A model generated the notes under the pieces. It ran no database searches and was not told the origin of the DNA. It worked only from the letters and a program-made list of their open reading frames with translations. A stretch of DNA of 61,855 bases, counting the filler, from Choristocarpus tenellus KU-1152 (Eukaryota > Protista > Phaeophyceae), in the NCBI GenBank assembly GCA_964200185.2. It is 8 parts of 8 records of this genome, joined end to end, with 100 filler letters (N's around TTAATTAATTAA, not from the genome) between each part and the next. Parts side by side here need not be neighbours in the genome. Positions count along the whole stretch, not along the records: positions 1 to 14,363 come from CAXNAD020001218.1; 7 more parts are not named here. The stretch is one strand, 5' to 3'. The translations under genes and the position numbers were made by a program. This document shows positions 1-10,341 of this stretch, one piece after another (the first letter of the stretch is position 1; each line of letters starts with the position of its first letter).

Positions 1-981
1 CTGTTCTCGTAGAGGAGACCACGGGTGCAGGGATAGGTGGTAAGCATGTAGGAGATTCACACACTTAGTACCTTTTCCAACTGGCCAAGACATTCAAACA
101 ACAATGATATCCTCCTAGCACGTGCTCACTTTCGTCTGCACATCGGCATAGCAACAGAACTGCCTTGATCTTTTTCTAGGAAGAGTTCTCAGAAAAATCC
201 CGCCCATTCCCTCCATTGATCTAATGGTGAGAGTGCTTGGAGCTGAAGGCACAGGCGACCATGTAACCAACGCCGTTGACAACGTCAAGGCAGACATGGC
301 AGAGATGCAACGACTGCAGCTCCCTCGCCACATACTGACAAGGCAGGTTATTATAGAGGGCTACCACGGTGAGTGCCAAACCTTCCTATTTCAACTGGAC
401 ACAAAGTCAGGTACAAAGTACATCATTGACCAAGTCACTCCTGACACATAGCCCACAAAAAATCACATTGGGATAACACTAGTTGTAGTAGTAGTATGAA
501 TAATAGTATGCTGTATACTTTCCCTTTATATCTATCTTCAAAACGGCTCTACTCTGACAACGCCTTCCATGGTTATTTTTGACCTCAAATTGTGGCTGTG
601 ACAGATCACTCTGCTGATTGCTCGCTGGTGGAAGACACCGGTGAGTACCCCATGAGGCACTGCCGAAGACTGCACAAAATAACAAATACCGACTTATATA
701 GGGGACTGTAGTGCTTGCATTTCTGGCTATCGCTCAATTCACATTTCCATTACTGCCACTTTGGTTGGACATGACGATCCCGATGTTTATGAAGTTTGGG
801 ATGAGTGATAGAGCGAAGAGCACTTAAAAGACGTGTTCATGTCACATTTTGTTTTGGAATGTCATTTCTATGTTCTATGACCTAGATTGTAGCCTTTGCT
901 TGATTGCTCCAAATCCTGACCAAGTTCCCTTCACTCATTGGTCCTATCCCTTGCCAGGCTTTGAGCATCCAGGGTCTGATA

Positions 982-1284
982 ATGCATATCTTCGTGAAAA
1001 CCCTCGGGGGTGCCACCCACTCTTTGGAGGTGCCCCCCTCCACTTCCGTCTCTGCCGTCAAGGCCTCAGTCGAAGACAAGGAGTTCATCCCTGTCGCCTT
1101 GCAGCGTCTTGTCTGTGGTGGTCTTCAGTTGAACTCTGGATCCCTCGCTGATGCCGGTATTGAGGAGGCGGATACCTTGACTCTCCTCCTCAATGTTAAT
1201 GGCGGCATGCGCGCCAAGTGGAGGAAGAAGCGTATGCGCCGCCTGCGCCGCAAGCGCCGCAAGATGCGCCAGCGCGCCCGCTGA
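982..1284 (+). CDS. RPL41: Ubiquitin-like domain fused to ribosomal protein eL41 (UBL-L41, 100 aa)
   Basis: ATG at 982 gives MHIFVKTLGG...LLLNVNGG (75 aa, about half identical to ubiquitin by manual alignment), then MRAKWRKKRMRRLRRKRRKMRQRAR, the conserved 25-aa eL41 peptide. CAG at 970-972 may be a 5'UTR intron acceptor. Confidence 0.93.
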   Translation: MHIFVKTLGGATHSLEVPPSTSVSAVKASVEDKEFIPVALQRLVCGGLQLNSGSLADAGIEEADTLTLLLNVNGGMRAKWRKKRMRRLRRKRRKMRQRAR

Positions 1285-2729
1285 GCACTCGTGTGAGCAC
1301 TGGTAGATGCGGGCTGTAGGTGTGGGATCCGTTATCATGACAGGTTTTTCACCGCGATCTTCTTGCTCCGTAGCACCCTTGTCAGGTGTATCAAGCAGTG
1401 GGGGCTATCGAATGCATCCCATTCGTAGCTTGTACTCTACATGGAACCAACTGTAAAAATGATAATTCCAATTGCGCTGGTGGCGAAAAAATACCTCTGG
1501 TCAAAACCTTCTCTGACTACCATTTTTGCTCGTCAGGCTTCTGTCTTCATTTTCCATGCTCACTTGAGTATATTTGGTTGAATTTTTTTGTGCAACTATG
1601 TTAATTTTTTTGAAAGCTCAACATGGCCCTGAGATAATTGTATTTTTCCTCATCAAAATTTAGTTAATTTTATCCCTATTTCCAACAAGGTACCTAATGT
1701 CTTGATCGAAATTAATAATGGGCACACTTTGCGGTACACTTTGCGGTGTTTGAAGGCAGCTTGCATTGGATTGATTTGACACTGCACAAGCCTTCCTGTT
1801 GAGGTTGCATATCAGGATTTCAGTAGGGATGAGGTGGAGGTGACCTCACATTTTCTCTGTTGTAATCACCCATGCTGTCTCTATATTATCACCTTCAAAA
1901 CCCTCCACTGCCTACATTGCCCAGCAAATTGTTGTTTGCCTGACCCGAGGTTGAACTGTTGTCCACGTGGCAAATTGTGATGGCTTACTTCATGCACAGT
2001 GGATGTTTTGAAATTGTTTGAGATTGAGGTACTCCTCGTGAATTTCTCAAATCTAGTTTTTCCATGCAAGTCAGCACAGATATGGAGGTAAAAATATCAT
2101 AGCATTCAAATTATTTTTTGATTCCCAATTAGGATATAGGGTTGCCTTCGAAACGTCAGTATTGATCATATTCCACACAGGACCAAAAAACGCAAAATTA
2201 AAACATATCCTCGAGTCAACTATTTTTTTGTCAGTTTTGGCAATTGAGGTGAGGAAGCTTTTGCTCAACAGTGAGACAAACTCCATAATTTTGAGTTAAG
2301 GAGAAGTGTGATGTAGGCACTTTCACCACTTGTACAGAGGAGTAAACCACATCAATTGTACCCACTACGGAACTGTGCACTCCAACCAATGTCTATCTTC
2401 AAATCAATTTGATGGAGTGCTGTGATGCTTTCATTGAGAGACAATGAAAAAGATAATGAAAGGGGTGCTGCAATTGGTGAATCAGAGCGTATTGGAGCAT
2501 GTTTGGATCAAGTTATTCACATTTAAACTTAGGGTATTGCAGCTGTTCAGTTCTCTAATCGCGACAGGTGGAAACCTGTTCCACTCCACTCTACAGTGAT
2601 GAATATCTACCATTATTGACAATTGTGATAGCGGCCTCTACTACTCCACATCGCAGCCACAGTACATGCCCTCAAATTAGAAAGTTGACAAAAGAAGAAT
2701 TTCATCCTCCATCCCCTACTACCTGCCTG

Positions 2730-5390
2730 CTAATGTTTTCCCCTGCGAAGAAGGTAACCCTGACCCTTGATGGGCTTGCCCCCAACCACCTCCGAAGAAA
2801 AGTATGGGTGTGAACAGGAACCTGAGTCATAAAGCATCTCAGCTGGGAGATGCAGTGAACCTTTCACCAAGACATTTACCCTCCGCAAAGATGACAGCGG
2901 TTCTGGTGATAACAGATACAGGAGCTGTCTCACAGGGTCAATTGAACGAACAAGTCCCAGTCCCACACATGGGGCAAGCGGTGCTTCCGCCAGACAGACT
3001 GGATTTGACCAGCCCTCCTCAGACACTTCTGGTGTTCCTCCACTGAACCCCTCACCCTCACCCACTGCCAGTAAGCCCACAACGGCTCCATTGATGGCAT
3101 GCAGCACCATGTCAGGCGGGATTGGTCCACTGGCGATACAGATCCGTATGGTTGCCCATGGCAACATCCTTGGCACCTTTGCTGCCAGCAGGGCTGCCAC
3201 CTGGTGACCTGGATCAAATAGAGCACCCCCTTTTAACCCAAGTCCTTCAAATTTGCTTGGGTCTTGCTGGTTACATTGACCTGTTGCCAAGCTCCTTTGT
3301 TGCCCTCCCGCAGTAGCCCCTCTATCTTCCTCCTTGAACTCACCAAGGAAGTACGCTATAAGGCGTAGGGTACGTAGCACCAGAGAATTGGGTCGGTTGG
3401 GCAAACACACTCTGCCTGGCCCACTGTGCTTTGGTGGTTCCCACAACCTCAAGGGGTACACACAGCACCCTGGTGGCCAGCTCTTTATGGTGAACTTCTT
3501 AGAGGTTGCAGTGCCAAGGATCTGCACAATGTGACTCGGCTGCGAGATGTCCACCACTGCCTGCAGAAGATCCTCACCTAAGCCTTTAACCCATCCGTCC
3601 GTGTTTATGACAAGAGGGATTGGACTACTGGAGCAGTATGCCAAGGCTCCTTCAAACCTGACTGTATCATCTTCCAATCCCTCAACTTCATGAGTGGGCA
3701 GGGTTGTCTTGAGCCCAGCAGATTGAGAACAAGCTTTGGCATGGTCTACCAAGGCCCTCACTGCAGCTGAGAATAGTAGTGGGCAAGGCTTGGGGGATGT
3801 GGCCCCAATAAAATACCCCAATTCAGGACGGCGAAGTGCAGTATGGGAAGGGCCAAACACAGGTGATTCAAGCAAATGGAAAGAAACCATTCCTGGAGGG
3901 GTGAACTCAGGCTGCCCAGGGTCACAGTCGAGGTAAGCAACTTTTGGATGTCTGGATAGCAGGCGGTTGATTAGGTACCTGCACAGGGTGCTCTTGCCAA
4001 CACCCTTGGCACCGCAGACCAATACCGATGTCCCCTGTGGCTGGGAAAGGGAGTCATTGACAGCAGTAGTCGCAGTCTTTACCCATGCCCGTGGGGTGCT
4101 CAAAGGGAGGACCCCACTTGTATTAAACCTAGGTGTTATTGCTCCATCCACAATCACCTGAAACCCAGGGAGATGCATGCAGGCTGCAATCTCTGAAGGC
4201 AGGCTACCCTCATGAAGAAGAGCAGTAGAGGCATGAGAAATACCGACACCATCAACTTCCGTATCTATAGGTGTATACAATGTATCGGCATCCGATTGGG
4301 AAGATAGAAACATCAATGGCCCGTGCTGAAGGGGCCGGAAGATCACCACGAAAGGGAATGTCTTTGCCACAGTATCAACAGCAGCCTCCACATCTTCCTC
4401 TCCATCATTTTCCTCACAGAAAACATTTTTCTCTCGAGCGGGGCCTGTGAGCCCCAGGATGCTCCCGAGTACCTTGGCTGGTACTGCCTCTTCGTCATTG
4501 TCCTGAAGGGTCTTTAACACCAGGAGACCAAGCCATGAAGTGGAGTGCGCCTCGACGTAAGGTCCTCGCGGAACAGGAAGGAGTGTGTGCCCTGCTATAC
4601 TAGCTTGGCCGAGCCCTGATCGTACCCGCACAGCACCAATGAAGCAGAGTTTCTCGTGGTCGCAGAGGCCTACCACGAGAGCCTTTGTCTTTCCCACACG
4701 ACAAACCTTGCCAGGTTGAGACGCAAACACTGTGCGGGGTAGCGATGACTCAACATGAGGCGAAATGGGTGCTACTTCTACACCACCCTTGCCCTGGATA
4801 CGGGAGCCGTTAGCTTGTAAACGTTTGCCAAGAGGAGTTCCTTGCCAAGAATCTGAAGATTGACTCCCACCCTGATGACTTCGTCTTCTATCAACGGACT
4901 TGTTTTCTTGATTGCCTTTGCCACAAGAAGCCCCTCTGACCACCCCTACCGACTTGAGCACCGACCCATCCTCACTATATCCATTATTTATTGCCATGGT
5001 AGAACCAATAACCTCACCCCCTTCCTCGTCCTCTTCCGTTCCCTCGTCAACATCGTCGTCCTCCTCGCCTTGCCCCCATGCTGAAGCCACAGCAGGAAGT
5101 TCTTGCTCTTCCGGTAAAGCCCATGGTATACCGAGTGCAGCCATATCGTTCAACCCTGTATCACTAGCACAGTCAGAGGGGTCCAGGGCTTCTCGAAGGA
5201 AATCTCTTTTTTCCGTCTGTCCCTGGTTGTGCGAGATGGCTGCAGGCTCGTCTTCCCCCTTCCCATCCTTCCCTGCATCCTTGCCCTTGACCTTCTCCTT
5301 CTTCACCGCAAAGTCCCCTTGCTGTCGCCGAGTATCTGCAGGTGTGCTTTCGTGCACACAACTCCTGGGGCGTTTTCTTTTTCGAGCCAT
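2730..5390 (-). CDS. NOL9: Polynucleotide 5'-hydroxyl kinase, NOL9/Grc3 (Clp1 family), single 886-aa ORF
   Basis: P-loop GAKGVGKST, YLDCDPGQPEFTPPG, INTDGW and C-terminal CVGLGLVRSIDP..LYLLSP motifs; basic NLS-like N-terminus MARKRKRPR. Confidence 0.9.
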   Translation of the reverse strand: MARKRKRPRSCVHESTPADTRRQQGDFAVKKEKVKGKDAGKDGKGEDEPAAISHNQGQTEKRDFLREALDPSDCASDTGLNDMAALGIPWALPEEQELPAVASAWGQGEEDDDVDEGTEEDEEGGEVIGSTMAINNGYSEDGSVLKSVGVVRGASCGKGNQENKSVDRRRSHQGGSQSSDSWQGTPLGKRLQANGSRIQGKGGVEVAPISPHVESSLPRTVFASQPGKVCRVGKTKALVVGLCDHEKLCFIGAVRVRSGLGQASIAGHTLLPVPRGPYVEAHSTSWLGLLVLKTLQDNDEEAVPAKVLGSILGLTGPAREKNVFCEENDGEEDVEAAVDTVAKTFPFVVIFRPLQHGPLMFLSSQSDADTLYTPIDTEVDGVGISHASTALLHEGSLPSEIAACMHLPGFQVIVDGAITPRFNTSGVLPLSTPRAWVKTATTAVNDSLSQPQGTSVLVCGAKGVGKSTLCRYLINRLLSRHPKVAYLDCDPGQPEFTPPGMVSFHLLESPVFGPSHTALRRPELGYFIGATSPKPCPLLFSAAVRALVDHAKACSQSAGLKTTLPTHEVEGLEDDTVRFEGALAYCSSSPIPLVINTDGWVKGLGEDLLQAVVDISQPSHIVQILGTATSKKFTIKSWPPGCCVYPLRLWEPPKHSGPGRVCLPNRPNSLVLRTLRLIAYFLGEFKEEDRGATAGGQQRSLATGQCNQQDPSKFEGLGLKGGALFDPGHQVAALLAAKVPRMLPWATIRICIASGPIPPDMVLHAINGAVVGLLAVGEGEGFSGGTPEVSEEGWSNPVCLAEAPLAPCVGLGLVRSIDPVRQLLYLLSPEPLSSLRRVNVLVKGSLHLPAEMLYDSGSCSHPYFSSEVVGGKPIKGQGYLLRRGKH

Positions 5391-5766
5391 AAGGTGGCGA
5401 TGAACGAGGAGCGAGTTTGAGGATCAGGTTCTGGATGGTACAGAAGACCAACAATCCGAGGCTGGACGGTGGGCGGACACACTACTACTACAAACTTGTT
5501 TCTTTGTGATCTCTTTCTCAGATATTTGTACAACTCAACCATTAGAAGAAGGAGAAGAACCATGCCGTTAGGAGGAGCTGCATAAGAGCTGCGAAGGGCG
5601 AGGGCAGATTGACTGTGGGAAATGTTAGGTATTCTATTGATCTCTTTTCACGTTGTTCTTTTGCCTCTCTCCTCTATATACTGATTATTTTGTGAAAACT
5701 TGTCCTTACATGTCGCCCCTTGGTTACGGTTAGTACAGTCAGCATACAAGACCTCTACCCCACCTA

Positions 5767-8700
5767 TCAAACCATATATCCGTCATCGGCATCGATGGGG
5801 TAAATTGAACCCTCCTCTGCAACAGAAGAGTGGTCACCAGCATCGTAATTGGCGTACCCGCCGCTATAACGACCATTGCTGTACCAACGACCAGCATTGA
5901 TGTCCTCCACGCTTGGGAGATCCCATGAAGAAGCTCCAGTGACCTTGTTGTAAAAGTAAGATTGACCCGTTACTTCATCCACTATGGTATTCCAATCTCT
6001 CGGATCTGTTGATTGGACAGATGTCATGTCATGGTTTCCCTTGGAGATCGTTCCCTCCCCTATTGCTGACATCGCGGATGCACCAACTTCGTCCCTTCTT
6101 GCGTCTTTTCTCCAATCTCCCCCCAGTTCTCTTCTTGTGTTGGCACCTGCTTCTGTAATTGAGGCGTTCTCACTCGTGGGGTTTCTGGCGTGGGAAAGAG
6201 TCCCTTCCCGACCCTCCGCCGCCGCCACCCCATCGTGTTGAGATATCAATGACATGCTTGCTGCTGTTACTTCTACTGGTGATGTTTCCATCCCTTCCCC
6301 CAAATTGTACCCTATACTTCCATCTCTTACATCGGTACTATTACCTGATGTAGTGATCACGTACTCACCCCCCAACGATTGATATACATCTTCCTGTGCC
6401 TCAACCAGTGTTTTGTGTTCCACACACTTCATACTTTCCACACTGGAGGCAACATTACCTTCCGTTATCTTCACTGATGGTTCTAGGAGAGAGGTAATCT
6501 GATCAGGTGCACTCAGTGTGCGTAGGGTCCCCATTGTGCTGGCTACAGTTACTGGAGTGATGGTATCAGCATTGTTGCCAATGGGACTGAAGCCTGGAGT
6601 AATGGTAGGGACAGTAGAGGAGTGGGAGCATGACAGGTCCCATGTGGTAACAGATGTGTTGCGATCGAAGTAGTATGGTTGCTCACTTTCCTTGTCGTGG
6701 TATACTTCCCACCTCTGCTCCTCTTTGAGAGGCTCGCCTATGGCAGGCACTGGCTCCTCCACAATGCTCCTGCTACCAAAGGTCTCCTCCCCAAATGCTT
6801 TTTGGTCTTCATTCCCTGTGACAGGCAATGTCATCACATCCACCTGTCCACCCACAACATCGTTTTGATCTTTGACCTCCCAGTGACTTTGGGATGCCAA
6901 TGGCAAGTCTGTAAAGGTGCCGAATTCTTCCCCCAAAATGTCCCCTGCACCTCCACTCTCTGCTAATGCACCTTCGGTTGGCATGGTGTTTGAGTATTCA
7001 TCGCCCAACAACTGAGATACATATCCCGGCACCTCACTCCGTGTTTCATGCCCCGCAGTCATCTGACCCACTGCAGTGACACCCATTTCGCGTTCCGCTC
7101 CCTCTGGCGTTGGTTCTTCAAGAGAGCCGGTATTATCAGGGATGTTCTGCTTGTCTACCTCACCCATAATGCCAGGTGCAGGGGCTGAGATGTTTGAAGT
7201 AGCAATGGTATCAGCATTGTTGCCAGCAGGACTGAAGTCAAATGAACTAATGGCAGCAACAGTAGGAGAAGACAGGGAATATGGTGGGTCCCATGTGGTA
7301 ACAGATGTTTTGCGATTGAAGTAGTATGGTTGCTGGCTTTCCTCTTCACGGTATATCTCCCATTCGTTCTCTTCCTGGAGAACTTCCTGAGTAGTCTTGA
7401 TCTCCTCTTCCACAATGCCCCTGTTAGTATGTGTTTCTTCCCTCATCACATGTCGGACTGCATTGTCCCCTTCAACAAGTAATACCACAGGATGTCCATC
7501 TGTATCTAGGACCTCATGTTCAATCATTTTCTCAACCAAGGCATGTGAATTGTCAATATTTGTTTCCTCACTGTAAGTGTATTTGAAACAAGGAGCAGAG
7601 GTATCATATGCATTGTCATCCTCTGGTTTTGCCGTTCCCCCTACATCCTCATCATCATGTAGACTCTCCGCATCACTGAACTGCCCTTCCTCCTCCCTTT
7701 GGTCATTGATTGTGGCCACATCATCGCCATCCCAGTGCCAAAGGGGTTCTTTCTTTGCAAGAGCTAGGGTTTTCTCGAATTGTAGGTTCAGTGCCTCTCC
7801 TTCTCTTTCCTGCTTCATGTGCTCTTTCGCCTGACAAGTCAAGGTACATCTCCAAAATTGTTGGATGATTAGAGCAGCTCTGCATCTCTCCTCCTCACTG
7901 GTGCATCTTGCCTGTCTTAGCCTGTTGATATGCTCCACTGCCAGCCTACGGCGGACCATGGCCTGCAACTTCACAGCAGCTCTGCACCTCTCCTCGCTGG
8001 TACGTCTTGCCTGTCTTAGTCTGTTGACATGCTGCTCTGCCAGCCTACGTCGGACCATGGCCTGCAACTTCACAGCAGCTCTGCACATCTCCTCCTCACT
8101 GGTATGTCTTGCCTGTCTAAGCCTGTTGACATGCTGCTCTGCCAGCCTACGGCGGACCATGGCCTGCAACTTCACAGCAGCTCTGCTTCTCTCCTCCTCA
8201 CTGGTGCATCTTGCCTGTCTTAGCCTGTTGATATGCTCCTCTGCCAGCCTATGGCGGACCATGGCCTGCAACTTCACAGCAGCTCTGCACCTCTCCTTCT
8301 CGCTGGTGTGTCTTGTCTGTCTGAGTCTGTTGACATGCTCCTTTGCCTGCCTGCAGCGGACCATGGCCTGCAACTTCACAGCAGCTCTGCACCTCTCCTT
8401 CTCGCTGGTGTGTCTTGTCTGTCTGAGTCTGTTGACATGCTCCTTTGCCAGCCTATGGCGGACCATGGTCTGCAACTTCACAGCAGCTCTGCACATCTCC
8501 TCCTCACTGGCACGTCTTGCCTGTCTAAGCCTGTCGACTTGCTCCCCTGACTGCCTGCAACGAACCATGGCCTGCAACTTCACAGCAGCTCTGCACATCT
8601 CCTCCTCGCTGGTGCTTCTTGCCTGTCTGAGTCTGTTGACATGTTGCTTTGCCAGCCTATGGCGGACCATGGCCTGCAACTTCATAGCAGCTCTGCACCT

Positions 8701-10341
8701 CTCCTCGACGGTGCATCTTGCCTCTCTGAGTCTGTTGACATGCTCCACTGCCAGCCTACGGCGGACCATGGCCTGCAACTTCACAGCAGCTCTGCACCTC
8801 TCCTTCTCGCTGGTGTATCTTGTCTGTCTAAGTCTGTTGACATGCTCCTTTGCCTGCCTGCAGCGGACCATGGCCTGCAACTTCACAGCAGCTCTACACC
8901 TCTCCTCCTCACTGGTGCGATTTGCCTGTCTGGGTTTGTTGACATGCTGCTCTGCCAGCCTACAGCGGACCATGGTCTGCAACTTCACAGCAGCTCTACA
9001 CCTCTCCTCCTCGCTGGTGCGCCTTGCCTGTCTGGATTTGTTGACATGCTGCTTTGCCAGCCTACAGCGGACCATGGCCTGCAACTTCACAGAAGCTCTG
9101 CACTTCTCCTCGCTGGTGTGTCTTGCCTTCCTTAGTTTGTTGACATGCTGCTTTGCCAGCCTACAGCGGACCATGTTCTGCAACTTCACAGCAGCTCTGC
9201 ACATCTCCTCCTCACTGGCACATCTTGCCTGTCTAAGCCTGTCGACATGCTCCCCTGACTGCCTGCAACGAACCATGGCCTGCAACTTCACAGCAGCTCT
9301 GCTTCTCTCTTCCTCGCTGGTGCGTCTTGCCTGTCTGAGTCTGTTGACATGTTGCTTTGCCAGCCTATGGCGGACCATGGCCTGCAACTTCACAGCAGCT
9401 CTACGCCTCTCCTCATCGCTGGTACGCCTTGCCTTCCTTAGTTTGTTAACATGCTGCTCTGCCAGCCTGCGGTGGACCATGGCCTGCAACTTCACAGCAG
9501 CTCTGCACCACTCCTCCTCGCTGGTGCGTCTTGCCTGTCTGAGTCTGTTGACATGCTGCTCTGCCAGCCTACGGCGGACCATGGCCTGCAACTTCACAGC
9601 AGCTCTACACCTCTCCTCCTCGCCGGTGTGTCTTGTCTGTCTGAGTCTGTTGATATGCTCCTTCGCCAGCCTATGGCGAACCATAACCTGTAGCTTCACA
9701 GCAGCTCTGCACGTCTCCTCCTCGCTGGTGCACCTTGCCTTCCTTAGTTTGTTGACATGTTCCTTTGCTTGCCTACGGCGGACCGTGGTCTGTAACTTCA
9801 CAGCAGCTCCGCACCTCTCCTCCTCGCTGGTGCGTCTTGCCTGTCTGAGTCTGTTGACATTCTCCTTCGCCTGCCTACGGCGAACCATGGCCTGCAACTT
9901 CACAGCTGTTTTAGTTCTTTGTTCTTGACGGTAACTCCTTGCCTTCCTTAGTTTCTTGACATCCTGTGCAGCCTCTAGTTGTCGAGCCATGGCCTGCAAC
10001 TTCACAGCAGCTCTGCACCTCTCATCTTTGCTGGTACGTCTTGCCTGCCCCAGTCTGTTGAGATGCTGTCCTGCATCTCTACTCAAAGTCATATCCTGCA
10101 GCCTCACAAACGGTTGACCCCTTGGTTCCTCACTGCTACATGAGGGCCTTAAGACTTCCTGCCTCTGCTCCGTGAACTGCTTATATGGTACTCCTACCTC
10201 TTGCTCCCCCTCCTCTTCACTTTTGTATCTGTGGGATGCGATCATCCCCTGTTGCTGAAAGCACAGCTTGCTTGAGTGGTCCATGTCATTTTGACATGGA
10301 CCATGCACCTCGGCATGAATGGAATGGGTAAGGTATTGCAC
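5767..10341 (-). CDS. Giant (4.6 kb) exon of a protein with ~21-22 IQ-like repeats and three WW domains
   Basis: Acceptor ccctcatcag|GTG at 10341. Repeats RAAVKLQAMVRRRLA end in AALIIQQFWR. WW domains: EWEIYREEESQQPYYFNRKTSVTTWDPP, RWEVYHDKESEQPYYFDRNTSVTTWD, DWNTIVDEVTGQSYFYNKVTGASSWDLP. Confidence 0.85.
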   Translation of the reverse strand: MQYLTHSIHAEVHGPCQNDMDHSSKLCFQQQGMIASHRYKSEEEGEQEVGVPYKQFTEQRQEVLRPSCSSEEPRGQPFVRLQDMTLSRDAGQHLNRLGQARRTSKDERCRAAVKLQAMARQLEAAQDVKKLRKARSYRQEQRTKTAVKLQAMVRRRQAKENVNRLRQARRTSEEERCGAAVKLQTTVRRRQAKEHVNKLRKARCTSEEETCRAAVKLQVMVRHRLAKEHINRLRQTRHTGEEERCRAAVKLQAMVRRRLAEQHVNRLRQARRTSEEEWCRAAVKLQAMVHRRLAEQHVNKLRKARRTSDEERRRAAVKLQAMVRHRLAKQHVNRLRQARRTSEEERSRAAVKLQAMVRCRQSGEHVDRLRQARCASEEEMCRAAVKLQNMVRCRLAKQHVNKLRKARHTSEEKCRASVKLQAMVRCRLAKQHVNKSRQARRTSEEERCRAAVKLQTMVRCRLAEQHVNKPRQANRTSEEERCRAAVKLQAMVRCRQAKEHVNRLRQTRYTSEKERCRAAVKLQAMVRRRLAVEHVNRLREARCTVEERCRAAMKLQAMVRHRLAKQHVNRLRQARSTSEEEMCRAAVKLQAMVRCRQSGEQVDRLRQARRASEEEMCRAAVKLQTMVRHRLAKEHVNRLRQTRHTSEKERCRAAVKLQAMVRCRQAKEHVNRLRQTRHTSEKERCRAAVKLQAMVRHRLAEEHINRLRQARCTSEEERSRAAVKLQAMVRRRLAEQHVNRLRQARHTSEEEMCRAAVKLQAMVRRRLAEQHVNRLRQARRTSEERCRAAVKLQAMVRRRLAVEHINRLRQARCTSEEERCRAALIIQQFWRCTLTCQAKEHMKQEREGEALNLQFEKTLALAKKEPLWHWDGDDVATINDQREEEGQFSDAESLHDDEDVGGTAKPEDDNAYDTSAPCFKYTYSEETNIDNSHALVEKMIEHEVLDTDGHPVVLLVEGDNAVRHVMREETHTNRGIVEEEIKTTQEVLQEENEWEIYREEESQQPYYFNRKTSVTTWDPPYSLSSPTVAAISSFDFSPAGNNADTIATSNISAPAPGIMGEVDKQNIPDNTGSLEEPTPEGAEREMGVTAVGQMTAGHETRSEVPGYVSQLLGDEYSNTMPTEGALAESGGAGDILGEEFGTFTDLPLASQSHWEVKDQNDVVGGQVDVMTLPVTGNEDQKAFGEETFGSRSIVEEPVPAIGEPLKEEQRWEVYHDKESEQPYYFDRNTSVTTWDLSCSHSSTVPTITPGFSPIGNNADTITPVTVASTMGTLRTLSAPDQITSLLEPSVKITEGNVASSVESMKCVEHKTLVEAQEDVYQSLGGEYVITTSGNSTDVRDGSIGYNLGEGMETSPVEVTAASMSLISQHDGVAAAEGREGTLSHARNPTSENASITEAGANTRRELGGDWRKDARRDEVGASAMSAIGEGTISKGNHDMTSVQSTDPRDWNTIVDEVTGQSYFYNKVTGASSWDLPSVEDINAGRWYSNGRYSGGYANYDAGDHSSVAEEGSIYPIDADDGYMV
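7865..10070. repeat. Coding tandem repeat, 102-bp unit (a few 99 bp), ~21 copies
   Basis: Core ACCATGGCCTGCAACTTCACAGCAGCTCTGCA recurs with ~102-nt period. Confidence 0.95.

Noticed and set aside
982-5390. Ribosome-biogenesis gene cluster (eL41, NOL9, plus the AFG2-like AAA)
   Set aside because: Only two genes are physically linked (convergent); the AAA gene is on another contig; chance adjacency is sufficient
7865-9928. 687-aa plus-strand ORF (Cys/Leu/Ser-rich)
   Set aside because: Antisense shadow of the IQ repeat exon; a stop-free repeat unit propagates an open frame, and the minus strand carries the recognisable motifs
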